From the NCBI RefSeq assembly GCF_009914755.1, contig NC_060928.1: a DNA stretch of 64,000 nucleotides. One strand, written 5' to 3'. Made by a program: the position numbers and the translations under genes. Of the stretch, positions 49,074 through 63,204 are shown one piece after another; position 1 is the stretch's first letter; each line of letters begins with the position of its first letter. The notes under the pieces were generated by a model, which was not told the origin of the DNA, made no database searches, and saw nothing but the letters and a program-made list of their open reading frames with translations. The stretch is from the human T2T-CHM13v2.0 reference genome, Homo sapiens.

Positions 49074-49659
49074 TTAGACTCTGTAATTAGCCCAAGAATT
49101 TTTTCCCTCTCTCTCAGCATGCCTCTCAGGAGCAAACATGATAATGGCTAGAAACTACTCAAATAAACGAAACTTTGAAAACCAGGGAAAAAAGTAGATT
49201 GTAAAATTTCTCCAGGACCCAGTTAGATAAATGAAAAGGTGATTTTAAACAATTCCCTTGAATTGATTATGGTGCAAAGTTGAGTTTCAAGTGTCAGGGA
49301 GAAGCAATCTGATCTCCAACTTTCAACCACTAGCCATTACAGTCCCAGTGAGGTCCATCTCCTGTGCCTGTTGAAATTTATAAGAAGATGGAAGAGAGTG
49401 GGGGATAGACTCACTTTCTGAAGCTCTAGAATATATTTCTAGTAAACATATATTTTTTCTATGTCTAGTAGCTAAGTCTCTGATACATTTTCAAAAAAGG
49501 TAAAATTTGACAATATAATTATGTAATCTTTATAAAGTAATTATTTTATTTTATCTATAGAATAAATACATGTCAAAGATTTTGTGTAGCTCATTAATTA
49601 ATGAGGGGACTGGGAAGGCTGTTAACACTGATTCAATGGAGAAGTCAAGATTACAAGTT

Positions 49660-49953
49660 TTTTCCTTTTTTTTTTTTTAAGAGAGAGAGTCTTGCTCTCT
49701 TGCCCAGGCTGGAATGCGGTGGCACAATCATAGCTCACTACAGCCTTGAACTCCTGAGTTCAAGCAAACCTAGTTAGGACTACAGGCTTGCACCACCATG
49801 CTTGGCTAGTTAAAAAAAAATTTTTTTTTTTTTTTTAAGAGACAGGAGTCTCATTAGGTTGCTCAGACCGGTCTTAAACTACTGGCCTCAAATGATCCTC
49901 CTGCCTCAGCCTCTCAAAGTGCAGGGATTACAGTAGTGAGCCACCACACCCCA
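49660..49953 (-). mobile_element. AluJ
   Basis: Antisense dimer. Confidence 0.85.
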
Positions 49954-50097
49954 TTCAAAGACTACAAATTTATATAGAATAAAGGAATATTGAAATGAAC
50001 TTACAAATAGAAACAAAACTGGATTTTTATATAGGAGTAGATAGGCAGAAAAGTCAATTCAGTCTCCATTTGGCAGAATTTATTTGCATGTCTATAG

Positions 50098-50935
<838 letters not shown>

Positions 50936-51560
50936 GATAAGAAGTAGTTGCATTGCTATCATTTATTTACAATTTAAAGAGTTTAAAACATAGCCTAGTC
51001 AGAGACAAAGATACACTGATACAGCATCAGATAATACCCAGTCTTCAGCATTCCACTGAACGTGCACCTATTCTAAAGTCTTATAGTTTTTCTTACATTA
51101 CCAATTTTTAAAGGTAACAATAATTTTCATTTCTTAGTTAAGACCTCATGCTCAAGCTATAACTGCAGAGCTTATGGAGCTTACTTTTCAGGCAGCAAAT
51201 AAAAGTAGGAATGTATTACTAATGAAATGAATGACTTAGCACTTAGCAATTGCAAAGATACCCTATCCAACTACAGAATTATTAATCACTGATGGAAGCA
51301 GAAATGAGCAAATTGATGACTTGATGGTTCAGTAGAATCCCCCTTGAAAACAGGGGGGAGAGCCAAGTCATCAATAACTCTGGAATCAATTCTTGTTTCA
51401 TCAGCCAATTTCTAGCCAAATGGAATAATGGCCTCTTGGTAGTCAATTGCTTCAGCTTCGGGGTTTGTGTTACATTTGGATTTTCTTACCTTCAATTAAA
51501 ATAAGTTAGATAACACTTAGGAATTCACCCTGACCCTATGGAGGGAGTGTAGCAGAATAA

Positions 51561-51591
<31 letters not shown>

Positions 51592-51654
51592 ACCTGGCGT
51601 CCATACATTGTTCTTATTATAGCAACACACAGAGTGTCAAATGAGGTTCATCCA

Positions 51655-52160
51655 GTTGCCAGCTGCGAATCTCTATCCGTATAGGTTTGCAGCAACCTCA
51701 ATTCTTGCCACCTCAGAAGAAAGAATTCAACCGAGAGGCAAATAGCAGAAAGGAATGAAAGGAAGTAAAGTATACTTGGAGGAGGGCCAAGTGGGCAACT
51801 TGAGAGATCAAGTGCATGGTTTGACCTTTTCACCTGGGGCTTAGCATGTTGGCACACTTCTGGGATGTTGCATTACTCCTCCCCTGATTCTTCCCCTGGG
51901 GTGGGCTGTCTTGCTTGAGCCTACTCGCCCAACTCCTGAGATCTTATCAGGAAGCTGCTGATCACCAGTTTCAGGTATTTTCTATCTACTAGGAGACTGC
52001 CCTTCCCTGGTGCTTACTGTAACTAATTATTACTCTAGAGAGACAGTAAACAACAGCCCAACCATCCCCTGATGCTTACCCAACACTCCTGGTGTGTGTG
52101 GGGATGGGGGTGGGGTGCCCTTTCCTGTCCTCCTCATACTATGCTAGCTATCTGCTGTAA
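51655..52160 (-). mobile_element. ERV1 LTR (MER50-like)
   Basis: Antisense of GAAACTGGTGATCAGCAGCTTCCTGATAAGATCTCAGGAGTTGGGCGAG. Confidence 0.7.
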
Positions 52161-52682
52161 TGACCTTGCATACATTCCCTTCAGAACTCTCCATTCAAAC
52201 AAGAGTGAGTGAATGACCCAAGCATGGTCAATCTGTCTCTTAAACTAAATGATTGGTGTAGAAATTTTTATGGGACCAAATTTGATCCAGTGAGAATCAA
52301 GCCTGGCTCATTAAATTGAAAGTATCAAGTAAGAGGCACTTTCTACAGGCTAGTCTTACTAATCTGGTGGTATATGGACTAAAGTTGAAGAAGAATCAAC
52401 TTGACAATGAAGTCAACTCAGAGAGAAGCAGAGATAAGAACACAGTTTTCTTTGATGTCATTTGGGCTCTTAAATATACGCATGTCTACTAAAAGATTGT
52501 CTACCTCTGATCTTTTCAGAGTAGTCATATTATTTTGCCTTTTGTCCCCTATAAGTCTGTTTGGGCTTAATTTCTGTCACCTGCAGTCAAGAGAGTCCTG
52601 ACTAAGACAACCATGTATACTTGAGAAGTTATCTCATTACCAAGAAGAATGATCAAGGAAGAAAGTAAAGAAACACAGTAGG

Positions 52683-53054
<372 letters not shown>

Positions 53055-53917
53055 TCAAATATTATCTATACATTAAACAGAACACAAAACATAAAACTAT
53101 TAATGATACTTTTTGCAGGAAAAAAGATAGATGTCATTGCATTCAACAGTTAAAACCAATCGTTAAAATATCTTACCAGAACCAAATATCTTGGCAAAGT
53201 GGCTTCAACTTCTTCTACTATGGCATCAGTATATTTTATATTGTATCTAAATTGCTTGAAACACTGTCCTGATATCCACATCAGCATTTATGGCTTTGGT
53301 TGAAACCTGGGGAAATGACACAGAAATGGGGAAAATACAGTCTGCCTTTGAAATGCTTATGCTTTAGGGGAAGAACAAAAGAAGAAGAAAATCTAGCTGT
53401 CGGTAAAATTGAACACTGTAAGGATAACTGTAGTACAAATCTAACAAAGTTGTTACCTTCTGATTTTTATTCATTCAAAACAAATGATTACTTCTTAGAA
53501 GCCTTTTTAAAACCTCCATTATAGGCTCACACTTGTGGTCTTTATTAGTCTATATTCAGCACATCTGAGAATGCAGAAGAAGCAAAGAGTGAACTCAAAA
53601 GAACTCCATTATTAGACTAATATGATTAAGTTGATTCAGTCAGCAAAAGGAACTCAACCTATTAAAAAGAGTTTTAATGGGGAGTATCATCTTTCAATAA
53701 TCAGGCAGGGAAACTATGGACCATTTGGAAAGCAACCTGGTTTGTGCCCCTTTTTCATTTGTCTTCATTTGGCAGATTCAGAGTCATGGCCTAACAGTTT
53801 CTACTTCAGCTTGGGGTCTAAGGTTGCAGGACAGATTGTCACACCATCCTTCTCCTGTATAGTCATTTAGTATTTTTATTTAGCTTTGAAAGGGAAATGA
53901 AATTTTTCAACTCATAT

Positions 53918-54700
53918 TGAGGCAGGAGAATAGGGTCTGGAGGCAGGGAACCTAAGGCCATTTCATGCTGATTTCCTAGAACTAAATTGAAAGGAAAACC
54001 CTAACTTTCCATGCCTAAGTAATAAACAGACCAAAGGCTATCCCTTTGCAAACCCCCCCTTTTCTGCGTGGCAGATGGGAAATTGGTTGTCGCAACCAAT
54101 CTAACTGACTGAGGCTCACTCAGTATTTGTTAGTGTGAAAGTGCAACTTTGTAACTTCACCTTAGCCTTCACCTTTGTAACTTCATACATAGCTACCGAC
54201 TAAACTGTGTTCCCCAAAATTCATATGTCAAAGCCCTAACCCTCAGGCAACTGTATGTATTTGGAGACAGAATCTTCAAGAAGTAATTAAGGTGAACTGA
54301 AGTTATAAGGATGGGGTCCTAATCAGATAAAACTGGTGGCATTATAAGAAGAGAAAGAGAGGAAAGGGAAGGTGAAGATGTTTGCACAGGAGTGTGACCT
54401 TTGTAACTCCACTTCAGCCTCTGATTGGCTGCACAAAGCAACTGATTGCAGGCCACCACTTCATTTACATGATGTGAGCATGAAGTGGCCAGTTGGAAAC
54501 CCAGAGGGTATTTGGACCCGAGAAGATTCTGTATCGGGCAGCTCCCACATTGTGTAGTATACTTTCGTTTTCAACAAATCCCTGCTTTTGTTCTTTCATT
54601 GCTTCATTCTTTCTTTGTTTTGCTGGGCGTTTTGTCCAATTCTTTGTTCAAAATGCCAAGAATCTGGACAACTTGCAGTCAAGACCCTCTACCAGTAACA
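53918..54700 (+). mobile_element. MER51-like LTR carrying an inserted MLT1A piece
   Basis: TGAGGCAGGAGAATAGGGTCTGG...ACCAGTAACA. Confidence 0.82.
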
Positions 54701-54818
54701 ATATAACAAAAAACTAGTATCAAAACACAATTTTAACAAAACTTTTTAAAATGCCGACAAATCAATAATAATGGACCACAACAAAAGACAAACAGCTCAA
54801 TAGAAAAGAGGCAACAGA

Positions 54819-55110
54819 GGCCAGGCACAGCGGCTCACGCCTATAATCCCAGCACTTTGGGAGGCTGAGGCGGGTAGATCACGAGGTCTGGAGTTTGAGA
54901 CCAGCCTGGCCAACATACTGAAACCCCATCTCTACTAAAAATACAAAAAATTAGCCCAGCGTGGTAGCAGGCACCTGTAATCCCAGCTACTTAGGAGGCT
55001 GAGGCAGGATAATCATTTGAACCTGGGAGGTGGAGGCTGCAGCAAGTCGAGACTGCGCCATTGCACTCCTGCCTGGGCGACAGCTCAAGACTGTGTCTCA
55101 AAAAAAAAAG
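54819..55110 (+). mobile_element. AluS within an old L1M fragment (~54760-55400)
   Basis: Sense dimer flanked by decayed L1 ORF2 3' sequence. Confidence 0.88.
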
Positions 55111-55604
55111 CCAACAGGAGAGAAAATCTGAATGGCCAATAAAGTTGTGAAAAGATGCTAAGCCTCACTACTACTCACGAAAATGCAAATTGAAAAAATG
55201 ACATACCATTTTATATACCTAATCTTGGTAAGAACTAAAAATAGCAAATTTTGGCAGGGATTAGGGCTATTCTCATACACTAAATACAACTACTTAGGAG
55301 AGTAAACTTGCAATTATTTTAATATGCAAAGTTGAAGATATGTGTCTTAGTTGTTTCACTTTCATTTTACTCTTTAACAAAAATATCAAGAAACATTCAT
55401 GAAATTACACTCATTCATCAATGGCAACTGTATATTGCTATGGATATAAGAGTTCAGCAAAATCAAAAGAAGTATCTGTGAGATTAATTAGCTATATGGA
55501 ATTTACAATAGAGAACATTTTGTATTTTAATATTTTTGTAATAAGATGATCCTTTAAATCAGTAAAAAAATATGTACTTACATACATATATATAAAATAT
55601 ATAT

Positions 55605-55975
55605 AGCTATGGACTGAATTGTGTCCCTCAAAATTCATATGTCAAGACCCTAACCCTCATGTGACTGTATATATTTGGAAACAGGATCTTTAGGAAGTAA
55701 TTAAGGCTAACTTAAGTTATAAGGATGGGGTCCTAATCCGATAGAACTGGCGACCTTATAAGAAGGGGAAGAGAGGAAGACAGAGATCATTTACCTCCTC
55801 CTAAATTGAGCACACAGAAAATGGCAGCTGCCAGCGGCTAAAATGAAACTTACCTTGTTGGCACCTTAATCTTAAACCTCTCAGTCTCCAGAACTGTGAG
55901 AAAACAAATTTGTGTTGCTTATGCTACCCACTTTATGGTATTTCGTTATGACAGCCTGAGTTGACTGCCATAGAC
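55605..55975 (+). mobile_element. MLT1A-like LTR
   Basis: GCTATGGACTGAATTGTGTCCC...CAGCCTGAGTTGACT. Confidence 0.8.
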
Positions 55976-56561
55976 ACACACAAACACACACACTGGCAAG
56001 GAGACATATAATTCTAAGAAATGTTAAAAAATGTAACTGCTATAAAAATATGGAGTAAATGATATGGGAAGAGTGCAGAGGAGGTGGCATTTTAGCTCAG
56101 CTAGGAGGATGAGTAATCCAGGCTAGAGATCTGAAGGACCTGAACTTGGGCAGTGGCCTTAGAAAAAGAGGTTTGTACTGTTTCAAGAGAACCCCATTTG
56201 ATTTCTCGGCTGCATCTGACTAGCACCTGGTCTGCCCATGGATACTAGAGGATAACCACACATCTGACAGAGGAAGAGCATTACAGTCTCATGGTTTTCC
56301 GACAGGGTGCCAGCTTTCCCGTGGGTCCCCAGTCCACTCCCTCTCCCTAGCCCCTTCATATTTGATTCTCAATCTACTGCTCTTCTCATGCATTTTTTTC
56401 TACACTTCTTCAGGTCTCAGCAGATGGCATTCCCCTTCCTACACACCCATACCTAGTTAGTCACCACATCTTAGAAGCCACCTCCAAGTCATCTTTCCTC
56501 TTCTTTTCCCCAACAACACTGCCTCAATCCAGAATCTCATCACTTCTTTCCTACACGTATG

Positions 56562-57527
56562 TGTTAACTTAAAACTCACAAGATCTATATGTTCAGAAAA
56601 GGAGACTTTATTTCTTATAAGGAGATACAGCCTGCAAGGTGGCCCTCTCATGGGCTGGGAAGCACAGCCTCCAGCAAGGACCAGAGACAGGCACTTTAAA
56701 GGAAGAGGAGCTGGGGTAGGAGCTTTATGCTGAATAGGTTGGCTAAACATACATATTCAACAGGTTACAGGAAGAGCTATGAATATTCATAAAAGTAGTC
56801 CTGATACATGCGTATGGAACAACATGCATGTTACATACAACCTGTGTTCACCTTGGGGTGGAGACTTAATATTTAATGTATTACAGTTAGGCTCTGTACC
56901 TCAAAAGGTGAAGCAGAGACGAAGGCACACAAGTGCATGGCCTCTGTAAAGTGGCCAGAACCAGCCTATGGTCAGTGGTCTTATCTGGAGAACGTTACTG
57001 AAATCAGTCTCTTGTGCAATCAAAGCTGTAGCTATGGTTGGTATAGCAGGGGTTCAGTTAGTGTCTGTGAGCTGGATTAGTTGTAATTGTTTTAATATTG
57101 CTTCTCTCTAGGCCAGTGGTTGTTTAGCTGCCAGAGGGAAAAAAAAAACCTCTTGTGGTAGAACATAGTTTATTTTTTAAGTGTAGGGGGTGCATGACTT
57201 AACCCTTGCCTGGCATGGCCTTAGGTCCTGTTTATAATTTGGTATCCTATTCCCACAAAGAGTTTGTTCTGTCAATGTTATGATCTTTATTGTAACATTA
57301 ACATGTTAAACATAGGCTGACTTCCTAGAACTAATTTGAAAGGAAAACCCTAACTTTCCACGCCTAAGTAGTTGCTAGTCAGTTGTGTCTAAACTACAAA
57401 AGGGAGGGGGTATAATGAGGCATGTCTGATCTCCTGTCCCATCATGGCTGGGGTCCCCTTGGCCAAGAAAGGGATCTATCCAGTCAGTCGACAGACCCCT
57501 TACTTAGGATTTTATTTTTAGTTTATA
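56562..57527 (-). mobile_element. MER4-group LTR (MER4D/MER49-like)
   Basis: Minus strand begins TATAAACTAAAAATAAAATCCTAAG and contains GACATGCCTCATTATACCCCC. Confidence 0.7.
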
Positions 57528-57839
57528 TATATATAAATGGCTTCACAACGAATTTCCTGACTTTTAATTTGCCCCTCTGTTCATCCTCCACCCTGTTGCC
57601 AGAGAGAACTTTCTAAATCTCAGGATGTCACACTTCTGATTAAAATTGTTCCATGGTTCTCTGGATTTCAGGGTCAAGTTCAGATCCTTTCCTCAGTACA
57701 CCCCTGCCTGCCTCTCTAGCGCAAATCTTTCACAATCCCCTGACTGGTACCATCATTCTGGTCACACTCAACTAGTCCTCTCGCTGTCCTGTTACTTCTT
57801 GCACTTTCTGTTACTCTGTATGGAGTTCCCTTCCCGTTT

Positions 57840-58371
57840 TAAGGCAGAAGAATATGGTATGGCGGTAGGGAACCTAATGCCCTTTCTCGCTGACTTCCTA
57901 GAACTAAATTGAAGGAAAATCCTTACTGTCCACGCTTAAGTGAATAAAGGGCCAGATACTACTCCCTTTGCAAGCCCCAACCTGTTCTGCGCAGATTTGG
58001 GAAATTGAAAGTACCTCTGATTGGTTGCTTTTTGTAACCAATCAGACGTTTGCATAGAAGTGTAACTTTGTAACTTCTTCAGCCTCTGATTGGTTGCTTT
58101 GCGCAACCATTCAGACTGATTGCGGGCCACCACTTCATTTACATGAAGTGAACTCCAAGTGGCCAATGGGAAACCTCTAGGGGGTATTTGGACCCGAGAA
58201 GACTCTGTATCCAGGGCCCTTGAGCTGCTGTCTCACTCTCCCACACTCTGGAGTGTACTTTCATTTTCAACAAATCTCTGCTTTTGTTGCTTTATTCTTT
58301 CCTTGCTTTGTGCGTTTTGTCCAATTCTATGTTCAAAACGCCAAGAACTTGGACACCCTACACCAGTAACA
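57840..58371 (+). mobile_element. Second MER51-like LTR, just upstream of the TMEM33 promoter
   Basis: Clearly paralogous to 53918-54700; repeated CTGATTGG; ends ACCAGTAACA. Confidence 0.82.
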
Positions 58372-59073
58372 CTTTCAGCCAACTTTTTGTCGTTCAAGAT
58401 CAAGGCCCGGACTTACCTTTTCCAGGAAACCTCCCCAGATCCCTTCTGATTTAGGTACCGTCCTCTGTGCTCCCTGTGATTAAATCAGCCTCTACACATA
58501 TTACACAATCACTATGCTCTGATTTCCGTTTACTTGTTTCTCTTTTGCAATCTGTGTCATATTCCTCTTTTTATCCGCCGTGCCAAGTATGGAGCCTGTC
58601 ACATAGCAGGCCTCATAAATACTTATTGAAAGAATTAATAATAGACGTAGAACCAACGGGCTTAGTAAGCCCCTGGAGAAAGGAATCAAAGATGTTTCTG
58701 AGGCCTCTATATCAGGAAGTGCGGAAATTTCATGGTTTGAGAATGGGCAGGAAAGATCATTTGTGAGCTGTATTTAATGCAAAAGTTGCTCCCCCATCCT
58801 GATTTCTTAGCTCACTGGGCCAATCGGCGGAAGGACAGGTGGGGCTCAAATTAGGAGAAAAAAACCACACTTCCCGTCATGCCTCTGGGCACCGCTCCCG
58901 TTTCCCCCTCTTTGTCACCGCCTCTTCCCCACGGAAATGAAAGGAGCACTTCCGGGTTCGGCAATAACCTGGAGCCGGCGGCGTAGGTTGGCTCTTTAGG
59001 GCTTCACCCCGAAGCTCCACCTTCGCTCCCGTCTTTCTGGAAACACCGCTTTGATCTCGGCGGTGCGGGACAG

Positions 59074-59277
59074 GTACCTCCCGGCTGCTGCGGGTGCCCT
59101 GGATCCAGTCGGCTGCACCAGGCGAGCGAGACCCTTCCCTGGTGGAGGCTCAGAGTTCCGGCAGGGTGCATCCGGCCTGTGTGTGGCGCGAGGCAGGGAA
59201 GCCGGTACCCGGGTCCTGGCCCCAGCGCTGACGTTTTCTCTCCCCTTTCTTCTCTCTTCGCGGTTGCGGCGTCGCAG
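59074..59277 (+). other. TMEM33: Candidate alternative 5'-UTR intron of TMEM33
   Basis: Donor CAG|GTACCT at 59074, branch-like CTGAC at 59228-59232, long pyrimidine tract, acceptor CGCAG ending 59277. Confidence 0.6.
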
Positions 59278-59295
59278 ACGCTAGTGTGAGCCCCC

Positions 59296-59340
59296 ATGGC
59301 AGATACGACCCCGAACGGCCCCCAAGGGGCGGGCGCTGTG
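59296..59340 (+). CDS. TMEM33: TMEM33 first coding exon (MADTTPNGPQGAGAV)
   Basis: ATG at 59296 in a CpG island, 15 codons, then donor GTG|GTAAGT at 59341; peptide recognised as the TMEM33 N-terminus. Confidence 0.96.
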
Positions 59341-60069
59341 GTAAGTGCGAGGGCAGGGTAGTCTGGCTTGATTTGCAAGAGTTAGGAAGAAGCAGGAAGC
59401 GTTGCGAGTCCCGAGGCGTTCCAGAAGCTCAGTGCATTCAGGAATGGGATTAATGAGTTGGGGTGGGGAAGTTGGAGCGGGGAGAGGGGAGGTCCTGAGC
59501 GAAGATATGGAGGGAACTACAAGTTTGTTTCTGAAGCGACAATAGGCTGACCTGGAGCTGGTGGCCCCCACCTGTATGCCATGGAAATTGGGCCTTCTTT
59601 CCTCTTCTCCCACCTCGGTCTTTTGTTTACCGTAGGCCCCAAGGTTAAAGATGCCGCATGAGATTGTGCCATGACACACATGATCCATGACACACACCAC
59701 GTGGAGCACACGAGTGCCGGCAAAGAACGTTTCTGCCTAGTTTATACAATCGTATATAGAAATTATGCAAAGGGAGGAGAGCGGTGGTCTTTTTCTTCTT
59801 CACTTTGTTCTTTATGAAGAGAAATATCATTATGCTTTTGTAATTTTTTTAAGATGCTGATCTGGAGCTAACAAGTTATTTGTGCCCGGAGCATTGCTGT
59901 CCTCTACTTTTTAATCCATAAGTAGTTAAGTATTATTCTGTGTGACCACAATGCAGTTACCACATTTGGGAAATATTACCTAATATAAAATCCATGTGCA
60001 AATTTCCATAATTGTCCTTTAAAGCTGCTTTCTCTTCATCTGGGATTCTGTCAAAAAGCATGCATCGAT

Positions 60070-60503
60070 GGGCTGGCGCAGTGGCTCACTCCTGTAAGCC
60101 CAGAACTTTGGGAGTCCAAGGCGGGAGGATCGCTTGAGTTCAGGAGTTAGAGACCAGCCTTGGAAACATAGCGAGACCTCATCTCTACTAGAAATCAAAG
60201 AAATTAGGCGGGGCGTGGTGGCTCACGCCTGTAATCTCAGCACTTTGGGAGGCCAAGGCGGGTGGATCGCTTGCGCCCGAGAAGTTGAAGCTGCCGTGAG
60301 CCAAGATCGCGCCACTGCACTCCAGCCTGGGTGATAGAGCAAAACCTTCTCTCAAAACAAACAAACAAACAAACAAACATAAATTAGCCGGTCGTGGAGG
60401 TGCGCTCCTATAGTCCCAGCATAGTCCCAGCTACTCAGGAGGCTGAGGTGGGTTGTGCTTTTGCGCTCCAGCCTGGGGTGACAGAGCGAGACCCTATCTC
60501 AGA
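60070..60503 (+). mobile_element. Composite Alu (monomer within the linker of an AluJ-like element) in the TMEM33 intron
   Basis: Left arm, monomer with (CAAA)n tail, deleted right arm; outer repeat AAAGCATGCAT. Confidence 0.8.
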
Positions 60504-62412
60504 AAGCATGCATTCAATTTACTGGCCATATCTTGTTTACTGCCTTTTAATCTAGAACAGTTCTGCCCTCTCCTCCCCTTTTTTGTCTTTTAAGATACTG
60601 ATAGTTTTCAAGAGTCCAGACATGTTTTGCAGCATATATAGGTACATCTAATATGTATATCTATATTATATATCAGGAAGCATTTTACATTGATTTATCC
60701 CATCATTGCAGAATTTGTTTGATTATTTGATTAAGGTGGTGTCCACCAGTTTCTCCATTGTAAAGATACCTTTTTTCCTTTCTAATTAAAAAGTGTTCTT
60801 TGGCATGATACTGTGACACTGTGTGAATATTGCTCCTCAACAATTTTTCACCCAAAGATCTAGTGATTTTTTTTTTTTTTTGCCTGATGGTTGGACAGTT
60901 TACTCTTAAAAAATGTATACCAATAGACTTTCTTAAACTTTTAAAATTGTATAATATACATAAGTGTGTACAAAATGAAACGCATAGCTCAATGATTTAT
61001 TGCAGAATAAACAACCTGAACAAATAGATTTTAAGGAGAATGTTCTAAAACTAACTTTCAAGCTGTGGTGCCCAGTCATAATATTTGTTGAGAAACTGAG
61101 CACAGTAAGCTGGATTCATCCTTCACTTGATTACTGCTAATCATTTCAGTTTATTGGAGTCACAGTACGGTAAGTCTGGATTTAATGATAAATCAAAGTT
61201 GTATTTCATATTTCTGAAATTACCTACATGTGGGTTAAAAAGACATAAAATAAAACAGCCTGGAATTTTACAATGTACTTGGATTTTTCCCTCAAATTTT
61301 TTATATTTTTTTTTCAAAAGATAATGAAATTAAATTACATAGAGCAGTGTTTTTAGACTTCAGGTAGACCCATTAGTGAGTTGAGAAGTCAGTTTAGTGT
61401 AAACACCAGCTATTTTTAAAAAATTAAATAGAAAATGTCAAAATCCATTATATACAGTAGGGTAAATATTTGTGAAACTTTTGTTTATATATCCATGTAT
61501 ATGGATCTCAATGTTAAAATTACGAAGATCCTAGACAAAAAATGTAAAAGCCACTTTTGAATATAAGATACATTTTAATGAGAAAACACATTTTAAGATT
61601 CTGCTTTAGTGGTAATAGACATAAGTATTGGGGGGAAAGCAGCAAAGGAAAGATAGAATGGGAAAAAAATGGGGGAAGAAAATGGTATAGGAAAGTTTAA
61701 TCTAGGACCACCGAAACTAGGGTAAGACTTGTGGGGGAACATGGAGGTGATAAAGAGAGTGGTGTAATCAGAGAGGCAGGTGGCCATTTAATACCTGTCA
61801 GCCACATTTTGAGCACCTAGAGTATGCCAGGCCCTTGTGCATGTAGGCAGATTACAAGGCGAATGAGTTTAGTTGTTACTACTATCATGGTTTTATATTT
61901 CTTCTTCAAAAGGTTTCTTTAATCCCAACTGGCTTTATGTGATGTTTTACTCAGCTCTGAGACCTACCTATTCGGATTTGAGATTTTTTGCTAAGAATAG
62001 GCATATGGATCTCTTGAGAGCAATTAGTTTTTGTTTAATGTTCTTTTAAAATAGATGAAGCCAATATTGCAAGTGTTAAAGGAACACAGACAATTGTAGT
62101 TGAATTTCTGTTAAGATTATTTTTTCTAATTAATTAGTCTTTGCATTTTTTTAAAATGTCAGCTGATATTTTTCTATTTATTTCTGTTTAAGTACTTCTT
62201 GTGCTTTCCACATGAAAACTATAAGGTGTTTGGACTTCTCATTAAGCATATACATGAAACATGTAATTGCCTTAGAGTTTTCACCTAATGATCTAAAAAA
62301 ACAAATGGAGGAAGATTAAAATATTTTGAGTAGACATAAAAACCACACAGTCTTGATGCTTAAAAACATGATTTGCAGGCATAGCTTACAGTATTTTTCT
62401 TTTTAAATTTAG

Positions 62413-62507
62413 CAATTCATGATGACCAATAAACTGGACACGGCAATGTGGCTTTCTCGCTTGTTCACAGTTTACTGCTCTGCTCTGTTTGTTCTGCCTC
62501 TTCTTGG
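62413..62507 (+). CDS. TMEM33: TMEM33 second coding exon (QFMMTNKLDTAMWLSRLFTVYCSALFVLPLLG)
   Basis: Acceptor tttag at 62408-62412, 95 nt in frame with the first coding exon, donor GG|GTATGT at 62508. Confidence 0.96.
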
Positions 62508-63006
62508 GTATGTATTATACATATTGCTGCCTTTGATATTCAATTGTTGAGTCAGTTTATATGGAGTGCCTTTTAGGTGTAAGACTTATTAACCTGTAAA
62601 GGGTTTAGGGACAAATAAAATACAAGTTCCAGCCTTCAGGTACTAACAACCTAATAACATTATCAGAGGAATATTTTATATCTTGTGCTTTGTGAAACTA
62701 ACACATTGAAAATCCAAGGAAAAATTGATGTGTGGGAATGAGATAAGTTCATGTTTTTTTCATTTTTACTTATTACTTGACAGGAAGGTCCTGCTTTATA
62801 AAATTCAATTTTATAAATTGATTATAAGAAATTCAGTTGGGCATATATATGAAGTGAAGCTATTAAAACGGTAGAATAAGTTCATGTAATTTTTTTCTAT
62901 TGACAAGTGATTTAGGTGTTGTGCAATTATGATGCAATTCACAAAGGAGGAAGAGACACTGCAGTTGTTTATGTCTCATGATAACCTCTCCTCTGGTAAT
63001 TTGCAG

Positions 63007-63194
63007 GTTGCATGAAGCAGCAAGCTTTTACCAACGTGCTTTGCTGGCAAATGCTCTTACCAGTGCTCTGAGGCTGCATCAAAGATTACCACACTTCCAG
63101 TTAAGCAGAGCATTCCTGGCCCAGGCTTTGTTAGAGGACAGCTGCCACTACCTGTTGTATTCACTCATCTTTGTAAATTCCTATCCAGTTACAA
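63007..63194 (+). CDS. TMEM33: TMEM33 third coding exon (LHEAASFYQRALLANALTSALRLHQRLPHFQLSRAFLAQALLEDSCHYLLYSLIFVNSYPVT); gene continues past the window
   Basis: Acceptor ttgcag at 63001-63006, phase matches the previous exon (GG+G=Gly), ends at donor A|GTATCCTTTT; overlaps ORF-track 62978..63235. Confidence 0.95.
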
Positions 63195-63204
63195 GTATCC
63201 TTTT
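63195..63204 (+). promoter_or_regulatory. U12-type (minor spliceosome) 5' splice site
   Basis: GTATCCTTTT matches the U12 consensus RTATCCTTT. Confidence 0.9.

Larger units (their letters stand above)
58700..59520 (+). promoter_or_regulatory. TMEM33: TMEM33 CpG-island promoter
   Basis: CpG-rich; CCAAT at 58820-58824; ETS/GABP CACTTCCGG at 58947-58955 and further GGAA cores; no obvious TATA. Confidence 0.85.
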
